The notes beneath the pieces were generated by a model, which saw nothing but the letters and a program-made list of their open reading frames with translations, did not search any database and was not told the origin of the DNA. Of a DNA stretch of 64,000 bases, positions 57,180 to 64,000 are shown one piece after another. Source of the stretch: Dehalococcoidia bacterium (GTDB taxonomy: Bacteria > Chloroflexota > Dehalococcoidia > Lucifugimonadales > UBA6952); contig JBJKVQ010000018.1 in assembly GCA_045562575.1 (NCBI GenBank), positions 17,895 to 81,894 of the forward strand, given 5' to 3'. Position 1 is the stretch's first letter, and each line of letters begins with the position of its first letter. Made by a program: the position numbers and the translations under genes.

Positions 57180-58388
57180 TTAAGGTATTAAATCTCTATA
57201 TACTTTTGATATTTGTAATGCAGAGGAATCCCACGTCATATTAGTAGATTTGTTATATCCATTTTCTGCAAGAACCAGATTCAGTTGATTATTAGAAAGT
57301 AATTCCTCAATTGCAGCGGCTAGTTTTATTGGGGAGTTAACTTCAACTAATACACCATTATGATGATCCTCAATTATGGATTCTAATCCAGGAACTTTAG
57401 TACCAATTACTGTTGTTTTACATGCCATGGCTTCTAAAGCTACTAAGCCGAAGCTTTCATAATGAGAAGGTATCACACATAAACTTGCTGCATTGTAATA
57501 CAAAGGTAATAGAGTTTGTTCAACAGGTCCTATAAATGTAATATGTTCGTTTAATTCATATTCTATTATTAAATCAAGAGCTTTTTTAGTTGTAAGATTT
57601 TGAGTAGTGTTGTCTCCAATTATTAAAAGTTTTGGATGGTTGTCACCTTTTAGGTATTTCATAGCCTCAATAAGAACGGGTAACCCTTTTATAGGGTCGA
57701 TACGACCAACATAAAGAATTATAGGATGTTTATCTAAACCTAATTGTTTTATTGATTTACTCATGCTTAATGGATTAAACAGTGATAGGTCGACACCAGG
57801 GGGAATGACATTAACCTTAGATGAATTTGCTTCGTGATATTGAATAAGAACTTCTAATTCATGAAAAGTAGAGACAATAATACTATTTGTGTTTATTACT
57901 ATTTCTTTTTCTTTATTAGAACGTAATATAGATTCTTTTTCTTGTCCGTAAGTTTGATTTTTTATTTCTGCTAAGGTGTGAAAAGTTACAACATTCTTTA
58001 TATCTAAATGTCTACTTAAATCAATTCCTATTAATGCAGATAACCAGTAATGACTGTGGATGATGTCATAAGTTAGTTTATTATCTTTAATATAATTTAT
58101 AAGTTGTATTTTGAATGGTTCTATATATTCATATAAGTTTTCTTTAGGAACGTTTTCTGGAACAGAGTCTATGTGAATTAATTTGATATTTGAACTTATA
58201 TTCACTATTTTATCTGTGCATTCAGAATGGCTTTTAGTAAAAATATCAATTGAAAAACCTAATTTTTCGAGTCCGAGACTTAATTTAGAGATATATACAT
58301 TCATTCCGCCTGCAGACTCTGTCCCCAATTTATTAAGGGGGCAGGTGTGAAATGATAAAACTAATAAATTTACTTTAGGTTTATTCAA
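57180..58388 (-). CDS. GT4 glycosyltransferase, MshA-like (retaining, D-inositol-3-phosphate GT family-like)
   Basis: The N-terminus LSFHTCPLNKLGTESAGGMNVYI closely resembles the MshA signature HTSPL.QPG.GD.GGMNVY. It also has a C-terminal E(x7)E-type region (SHYESFGLVALEAMA). Confidence 0.8.
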   Translation of the reverse strand: MNKPKVNLLVLSFHTCPLNKLGTESAGGMNVYISKLSLGLEKLGFSIDIFTKSHSECTDKIVNISSNIKLIHIDSVPENVPKENLYEYIEPFKIQLINYIKDNKLTYDIIHSHYWLSALIGIDLSRHLDIKNVVTFHTLAEIKNQTYGQEKESILRSNKEKEIVINTNSIIVSTFHELEVLIQYHEANSSKVNVIPPGVDLSLFNPLSMSKSIKQLGLDKHPIILYVGRIDPIKGLPVLIEAMKYLKGDNHPKLLIIGDNTTQNLTTKKALDLIIEYELNEHITFIGPVEQTLLPLYYNAASLCVIPSHYESFGLVALEAMACKTTVIGTKVPGLESIIEDHHNGVLVEVNSPIKLAAAIEELLSNNQLNLVLAENGYNKSTNMTWDSSALQISKVYRDLIP

Positions 58389-58402
58389 AACATTATTGAG
58401 TA

Positions 58403-59386
58403 TTACTTTTTTATTAATTTGATTGTGTAAATTGTTGTATCTTGTGCACCGAGATGGTATTTGTAACTTTCGTCACCACGAAGGAAATCAAAACAGTCAA
58501 ATTTATATTCTATAGAGTCCTTTAATGAAGTGGCATTTAGCAATAAACCACAACTTAAATGTTGGTAATCCGGATCAAATCCACTGTTGTATAAATAACG
58601 AATATTGTTATAATCGAATGCGATACAAGCGGAAACTTTTTTATTATCAATTTCCATAAAATAAAGTCGTGTCCAATTTTCTTTAGATAATTCTATACAT
58701 AGTTTTTCAAAGTATACCTTCATAATAGGTGTTAAAAAGTCGGCTTTATGATGGCCACTTTTTGACATTAACGAAAAAAAATCATCCATAGAATTAGCAA
58801 TGTCTTCACTACTAGTTAATTGTTGTATTGAATGGTTAGTTTGATCGTCTAATCTTCTAAATTTTCTTCTTAACTCATGCCTATCTTTCTTTTTTAGTAT
58901 AGAAAAATAAGATTCCCAGTCCTTTGGTAATTCAAGTAGGGGGCAAACATCCTCCGATGATTTCTCAAAATCCCAATGATTTGACCCTGCTAAGGTTTCC
59001 ATCAAGTGTATGGTAGAAGAATTTTCAGGTATAGAATTTATTTCTATTGATGTGTAATTGATTTTTTTGAAGTATTCGCCAATTTCATGAAAGAAATCGG
59101 ATTCATTATTTGGAACAACAAGGAAATCTTGATAATCATAGACATCTTTAGAACCTATTAAAGTCAATGTATTATCTTGACTTAACATGAATGGAGCAAT
59201 TCCAATTACCTCACCGTTATTTGATATTTCTAAAATATTTAAATCATTATTTTCATTAAAGATGCTAAACCATGTTTTCTGCCATTCTATTGTTTGAAAT
59301 ATGGAGTGTTTAGGTATTCGAGATAATATTGTGTTCCAGATATCAGTAACAGATTCGAAAGTTTCATGAATTTTAATATTTTCCAA
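58403..59386 (-). CDS. GNAT-fold acyl/aminoacyl transferase, CelD/FemAB (BioF2-like) type
   Basis: 327 aa. IFQTIEWQKTWFSIF and the C-terminal FDFLRGDESYKYHLGA are typical of the CelD/FemAB-like family (assigned from memory of the family pattern). Confidence 0.65.
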   Translation of the reverse strand: MENIKIHETFESVTDIWNTILSRIPKHSIFQTIEWQKTWFSIFNENNDLNILEISNNGEVIGIAPFMLSQDNTLTLIGSKDVYDYQDFLVVPNNESDFFHEIGEYFKKINYTSIEINSIPENSSTIHLMETLAGSNHWDFEKSSEDVCPLLELPKDWESYFSILKKKDRHELRRKFRRLDDQTNHSIQQLTSSEDIANSMDDFFSLMSKSGHHKADFLTPIMKVYFEKLCIELSKENWTRLYFMEIDNKKVSACIAFDYNNIRYLYNSGFDPDYQHLSCGLLLNATSLKDSIEYKFDCFDFLRGDESYKYHLGAQDTTIYTIKLIKK

Positions 59387-59395
59387 TTTTCTCCT

Positions 59396-60454
59396 TTATA
59401 AATTCAAAATAGCTTCTTTTACAATTTCAATTTCAGGTTTGATGTGTATAGGTTTTGAATTGAATTGTTTTTCTGCTAATTCAGGTTCTTTTAACCCAGA
59501 TCCTGTTACAACACATACTATTGTCTTATTTTTTATACTTTGTGGATTTATCAAGTTTGTTTTAATTAATCCCGCTAAAGATGCTGCAGATGCTGGCTCA
59601 CAAAATATTCCCTCTTGGCTTGCCAGCATTTGATAAGCCGATAGTATTTCAGTATCGGTTACTGAATCTATAGATCCTCCAGATTCATTGCGAGCGGTTA
59701 TGGCACTTTCCCAACTAGCAGGATTTCCTATTCGTATTGCCGAGGCAATGGTTTCAGGTTGTTCTACTGGTTTACCACTCACAAGTGGTGCTGCTCCAGC
59801 TGCCTGATACCCTAATAGTTTAGGTAATTTAGTGGACTTTTCGTGTTTAAAATATTCAGTAAATCCTTTCCAATATGCTGTTATATTTCCAGCATTTCCG
59901 ACAGGAATAAATAAATTATCTGGGGAATCACCTAACTCATCAACTATTTCAAAAGCTGCAGTTTTTTGACCTTCAATTCTATAAGGATTAATCGAATTAA
60001 CAATTGTTATATTGTTATCGTTGGATAATTCTCTTATTATTGACAATCCTTGATCAAAATTACCATCGATACTTATAATTTTGGCTCCATAGGCAATTGC
60101 TTGCGCAAGTTTCCCCGAAGCAATTTTCCCATTTGGGACTATCACAATAGTTTTCAACCCAAATCGTGCTCCATATGCTGCTGCAGAGGCACTTGTATTT
60201 CCTGTCGAAGCACATGCTATGATTTTACTTTTTGCTTCTAAAGCTTTTGAAATAGCAAAAACCATACCTCTATCTTTGAAAGAACCCGTAGGATTACAAC
60301 CTTCGAATTTAAAGTATAAATTTTCACACTCAATAGTTTTAATTATGTTTGTTGACTTGATTAAAGGAGTTTGTCCCTCACCCATAGTAATAACCGGGGT
60401 GTCTTCATTTACAGGCAAGTATTTTTTATAGTTTTGTATAACGCCTAGGTTCAT
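59396..60454 (-). CDS. thrC: Threonine synthase
   Basis: PLP-Lys motif FEGCNPTGSFKDRGM. Confidence 0.93.
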   Translation of the reverse strand: MNLGVIQNYKKYLPVNEDTPVITMGEGQTPLIKSTNIIKTIECENLYFKFEGCNPTGSFKDRGMVFAISKALEAKSKIIACASTGNTSASAAAYGARFGLKTIVIVPNGKIASGKLAQAIAYGAKIISIDGNFDQGLSIIRELSNDNNITIVNSINPYRIEGQKTAAFEIVDELGDSPDNLFIPVGNAGNITAYWKGFTEYFKHEKSTKLPKLLGYQAAGAAPLVSGKPVEQPETIASAIRIGNPASWESAITARNESGGSIDSVTDTEILSAYQMLASQEGIFCEPASAASLAGLIKTNLINPQSIKNKTIVCVVTGSGLKEPELAEKQFNSKPIHIKPEIEIVKEAILNL

Positions 60455-60544
60455 TAATAAGCCAATTTATTTTATTAACATTTAGCATGCTAAGTTTAGC
60501 ACAAAGTTAGCTATGATAGTAGGTATTCTCTATGGAATCTTTTC

Positions 60545-61849
60545 TTAATTCAGGTCTTCGATTCTGACTAGGCTATCTATTGATTTAATTTGATTTGATT
60601 TCTGAATTCTTGTAATTGCAGTATTTAAATTGTTGACAACAGCTGGGTGTGTAACCATTACTAACTCAGCTATATTATTTGGTTGATTATGAGAGGTTTG
60701 CAACACTGATGCAATACTAATGCTATATTCTCCTAAAATACTAGCTATTTCAGCAAGTACTCCTGGTTTATCTTCTACCGACATTCGCAAATAATATGAA
60801 GAACTTGTATGGTTGTAGTCGATATACTGAATCGTAGAATTACTTGTATTTTCAGGAGCATTAATATGCGTATTTGATATATTATTAGCAATTGAAATAA
60901 TATCACCTAAAATAGCACTCGAAGTTGATTTAGGCCCAGCACCTTCACCATGGAAAATGATATTTCCTATTGGATCTCCTTTGATTTCTATAGCATTATA
61001 TACACCTTCTACTTTAGATAATAAATGTTCATTAGAAATTAAACACGGATGAACTCTTAAAGAAACATTTTCAGGATTTAATTCCCCAACCGCAAGGAGT
61101 TTTATACTATAACCTAAATCTTGGGCATATTTAAAATCTATAGCTGATAGTTTTGTTATTCCCTCAATAAATATATTTTCTTCAGTTACTTTTTTGTTTA
61201 GGACAATAGACGCAAGTATAGACAATTTATATGCAGCATCAATACCTTCTATATCACTGGTTGGATCAGCTTCAGCATAACCTAATTCTTGAGCTTGTTT
61301 GAGAGCGTTTTCAAACGTTTGGGTTCCCGAAGACATACTAGAAAGGATATAGTTGGTTGTTCCATTAATAATAGCGTTTATTTTACTGATACTGTTGGCA
61401 ATTAAGCTTTCATATAATGGTCCAATTATCGGTATCCCAGCTCCTACACTCGCTTCATATAGTAAAAAAACACTATTGTTTCTTGCACGACTTAATAATT
61501 CATATCCATATTTTGACATTATAAGTTTATTTGCAGTTACGACATTAATATTTTTATCGATGGCATTATTGATCATTGTAAGAGCAATTTGATCTCCACC
61601 GATTAATTCTACAATGAGATTTATATTATCATCGTTTAAAATGTCTTCAGGATCATTTGTTAGTATGTCAGTTGGTATAAAATCTGGTCTTTTTTTATTA
61701 ATATCATTAACTAATATTTTAGATAAATTTATTGTTACATTCGATTTTTCATCATTGATAATATTCTTGTTATGAATCAATTGATAAGCAACTTCTGTGC
61801 CTACCGTACCTAAACCAAGTAATCCAATATTTATACTTTCAATTTCCAT
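60545..61849 (-). CDS. hom: Homoserine dehydrogenase (with a C-terminal ACT domain)
   Basis: 434 aa with NAD-binding GLLGLGTVG, catalytic-domain blocks and an ACT-like tail. Confidence 0.92.
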   Translation of the reverse strand: MEIESINIGLLGLGTVGTEVAYQLIHNKNIINDEKSNVTINLSKILVNDINKKRPDFIPTDILTNDPEDILNDDNINLIVELIGGDQIALTMINNAIDKNINVVTANKLIMSKYGYELLSRARNNSVFLLYEASVGAGIPIIGPLYESLIANSISKINAIINGTTNYILSSMSSGTQTFENALKQAQELGYAEADPTSDIEGIDAAYKLSILASIVLNKKVTEENIFIEGITKLSAIDFKYAQDLGYSIKLLAVGELNPENVSLRVHPCLISNEHLLSKVEGVYNAIEIKGDPIGNIIFHGEGAGPKSTSSAILGDIISIANNISNTHINAPENTSNSTIQYIDYNHTSSSYYLRMSVEDKPGVLAEIASILGEYSISIASVLQTSHNQPNNIAELVMVTHPAVVNNLNTAITRIQKSNQIKSIDSLVRIEDLN

Positions 61850-61859
61850 TGTTTAAAAC

Positions 61860-62888
61860 CTAACCAATATATTGGCCTATTTTTTCGACCATCCATTGAT
61901 AGTCTTGAGAGTTGAAGTTAACTTGAACATCTAATTCATCTCTTTGTTCATTTAGCCATGAATTTGTTATATTTTGTTTTAATATTTTAGTTATTTTTTC
62001 TTGTAAGGGTTGAGGCTCTGGTCCAGCGGTTACCTGTACTATTACGGAATTTTGGTTAGTTAATATTGGTTCACTAAATGTATTTAACTCCATCGAAAAA
62101 ATTGTTGGATCAAGTTCAGGAAATGCACCTTCTGGAACCCATCCTACTAGACCGTTATCATCTGCATATGCATCATTTTTCATGTATATTCTCGCAATTT
62201 GGCTAAATTCAGCTCCAGACATCAATTGTTCGTATGCCTGTTCTGCCAAAGTTAGTTCAGCAAATTTTATATATTTTAGGTTTACTGAATTGGCAATTGT
62301 AGGTATTCTTTCTCCTAAACGTTCTGTAAGTTTAGTTCTCAAAAGACCCATTTGGATTAAATCTCGATATTCTTTATCAGAGTATTTTGTAAGATTTAAA
62401 TAACTTTGATATGTTTCAAGAAATTCTCTGTCTAAAGCATCTTTATCGGATTGATCATTAATTAAGGTTTTTGGGTAATGAACCTTTCTTATTTCTTGAT
62501 CTATTTCTTCACTTGTTACATATAAATTAATAGTAGGAGTACTTTGACGTAAAAGTTCATGGTCAGTCATTGCATTCAAAGTTTCAAAAGGTAGCAGCGA
62601 TAATTTTACTTCAGAACCGTATGCAGCCTCAGCTGCAGCATTAGCTTTAGTTCTTTTTAAAAGATCTCTAAGTTGTATTTCTGTTTCGCCTACTGAAATT
62701 ACCACTTTATTTTCTGGCATTACATAGGTCCAATAGTATCCTATTCCTGGAATTAATATTACTATCATCAATAATATTATTGTAAATATAATTATGGGAA
62801 GAGTACGTTTATTGGATTGGTTTTGTGCTAACCGATGTTGTTCACGCACAGTCATTCGGTTTTTAGATTCATTACTAATGTTAGCCAT
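61860..62888 (-). CDS. Membrane-anchored parvulin-type peptidyl-prolyl isomerase (PrsA/SurA-like)
   Basis: N-terminal TM helix, a SurA_N-like helical region and a parvulin-like block (GLVGWVPEGAFPELDPTIF). Confidence 0.75.
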   Translation of the reverse strand: MANISNESKNRMTVREQHRLAQNQSNKRTLPIIIFTIILLMIVILIPGIGYYWTYVMPENKVVISVGETEIQLRDLLKRTKANAAAEAAYGSEVKLSLLPFETLNAMTDHELLRQSTPTINLYVTSEEIDQEIRKVHYPKTLINDQSDKDALDREFLETYQSYLNLTKYSDKEYRDLIQMGLLRTKLTERLGERIPTIANSVNLKYIKFAELTLAEQAYEQLMSGAEFSQIARIYMKNDAYADDNGLVGWVPEGAFPELDPTIFSMELNTFSEPILTNQNSVIVQVTAGPEPQPLQEKITKILKQNITNSWLNEQRDELDVQVNFNSQDYQWMVEKIGQYIG

Positions 62889-62894
62889 TTTGCA

Positions 62895-63239
62895 CTAAGA
62901 TCTGTTTGAATAATTTCTATTGTTATATGAACGTCTCTCAATAGGGTTCAGTAATACGTGCTCAGCAGCAAAAGGAAGCAATGCGATTTCACGAGCTTTC
63001 TTGATTTCTCTTGTTAAGTAAGTTTGGCATTTTAAGCATGTACCTGTTTTTCTTCGAGGTTCTATTTTCCCTCTATCAGATATATATCTTTGCAAAACCG
63101 TAGCATCTTTATAAGTAATAACACTGGATAAAGGTCTGCCTTTTCTTTCAAAACAAGGTTGGCAGATTTTTATTCGATTGTTATAACGATTATTTGATCG
63201 TCTTCTATTATTAGGACGAGATCTATTTTGTGTAGTCAT
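62895..63239 (-). CDS. rpsR: 30S ribosomal protein S18 (Cys-containing form with N/R-rich extensions)
   Basis: S18 core [24 protein letters not shown]...[14 protein letters not shown]. Lies downstream of ssb in the rpsF-ssb-rpsR order. Confidence 0.92.
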   Translation of the reverse strand: MTTQNRSRPNNRRRSNNRYNNRIKICQPCFERKGRPLSSVITYKDATVLQRYISDRGKIEPRRKTGTCLKCQTYLTREIKKAREIALLPFAAEHVLLNPIERRSYNNRNYSNRS

Positions 63240-63262
63240 TTTTTTATTCTCCTAGGTAAAAA

Positions 63263-63709
63263 TTAAAAGGGTAGGTCGTCAGTTTCAACGGGTTTGTCAG
63301 ATGGCGCGTCCGTAAACTTATAATTATTTTGATCATTGCCATCAAAAGAAGATGTTTCATTTTCTGAAGATTGAGAAGGGTTTCTATCAAGAAATAGTAC
63401 TCTACTTGCAATTATTTCATTTCTATAGCGAGTTTGGCCATCTTGACCATCCCACTGCCTGCTTTTTAATCTTCCTTCTACAAAGGTTCGTCGACCCTTG
63501 GCAAGATACTGATTACATTGTTCTGCAAGTGCATTCCATGCAACTACAGTAAACCATTCAGTTTCTTGATGTCTTTCTCCATCATTAGATGTGTATGATC
63601 GGCTTGTGGCTACTCTGAACGAAGTGACAGGGCTTCCACTCGGTGTGTACCTCATTTCAGGTTCAGTACCGATATTTCCTATTACCATAATTTTATTGAA
63701 ACCTACCAT
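63263..63709 (-). CDS. ssb: Single-stranded DNA-binding protein
   Basis: OB-fold N-terminus NKIMVIGNIGTEPEMRYTPSG and an acidic tip ending DDLPF. Confidence 0.95.
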   Translation of the reverse strand: MVGFNKIMVIGNIGTEPEMRYTPSGSPVTSFRVATSRSYTSNDGERHQETEWFTVVAWNALAEQCNQYLAKGRRTFVEGRLKSRQWDGQDGQTRYRNEIIASRVLFLDRNPSQSSENETSSFDGNDQNNYKFTDAPSDKPVETDDLPF

Positions 63710-63740
63710 TTCGGCCTCCTCAAAAATACAAACAAGTTCA

Positions 63741-64000
63741 TCAATCTTTCACGGTAAATAGATGTCGTAATATGTCTTCATTACTTCGTATACTACCTTC
63801 AATTATTGTCACTTTTGAAGGATCTATATTTACTATCGAAGAAATATAATTTCCTTCGCGAAACTTATTAATAGGGTATGCGAGTTTTCTAATTCCCCAT
63901 TTATCTAAATCTTCTACTGTTCCCTCATTAGAACTGATTAAATTAGATAAATTATCAATAATTTTATCTGAATTTTCCTGATCTATTTCAGGACTAATAA
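63741..64000 (-). CDS. rpsF: 30S ribosomal protein S6, C-terminal part (gene continues beyond the window)
   Basis: The reverse frame is open from the window edge to the TGA at 63741-63743. It encodes ...VEDLDKWGIRKLAYPINKFREGNYISSIVN...ILRHLFTVKD, a typical S6 sequence. Confidence 0.85.
   Translation of the reverse strand, partial: ISPEIDQENSDKIIDNLSNLISSNEGTVEDLDKWGIRKLAYPINKFREGNYISSIVNIDPSKVTIIEGSIRSNEDILRHLFTVKD

Overview
This is a densely coding, AT-rich 64-kb bacterial chromosome segment made up almost entirely of housekeeping genes. My hand counts of 120-nt samples give about 28-33% GC in the housekeeping genes.

Contents in order:
- A CitE-like lyase, cofE (F420) and an aminotransferase.
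- A stand-alone 5S rRNA gene that appears to have its own promoter and terminator.
- rpsA, clpC and radA.
- tRNA-Thr, tRNA-Tyr, tRNA-Thr, then tuf-rpmG-secE-nusG-rplKA-rplJL, with an rplJ leader.
- An MFS transporter, then the Ni-superoxide dismutase pair sodX/sodN.
- An oxidoreductase, recN, pntAA-pntAB-pntB, gatB and secG.
- ispD-ispF-cysS on the minus strand, and a flavin reductase.
- An eight-gene minus-strand block: ubiD-ubiA-ubiX-ubiE, a cupin, a lone hydantoinase-B-like gene, an aldo-keto reductase and a membrane-anchored protein.
- A HadA/HadB-like hotdog dehydratase pair, plsX and fabG.
- ygfZ, an A-type Fe-S carrier and a PduO-type adenosyltransferase.
- hisH-hisA-hisF, a HAD hydrolase and hisIE.
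- gcvT-gcvH-gcvPA-gcvPB, lrp, moaD/moaE, ileS, htrA, rph and ilvE.
- An MshA-like glycosyltransferase with a CelD/FemAB-like GNAT.
- thrC, hom, a parvulin-type PPIase, and rpsF-ssb-rpsR.

Several traits are compatible with a low-GC marine actinobacterium (Acidimicrobiia-like): the ispDF-cysS order, clpC-radA, the HadAB-like pair, the MshA-like GT, Ni-SOD, CofE and a long type-2-like IleRS. This is inference only, and Chloroflexota is not excluded.

I found no CRISPR array, transposase, integrase or recognisable defence gene.

The one clearly anomalous locus lies at about 34.5-36.7 kb. It is a compositionally foreign insert (about 38-41% GC by hand count). It carries an unusually GC-rich, repeat-dense non-coding stretch, a small hydrophobic peptide ORF, an orphan 311-aa protein with an HTH-like N-terminus and a 65-aa basic protein. 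It sits directly upstream of a hadA-like gene that appears to be interrupted at a T7 homopolymer.
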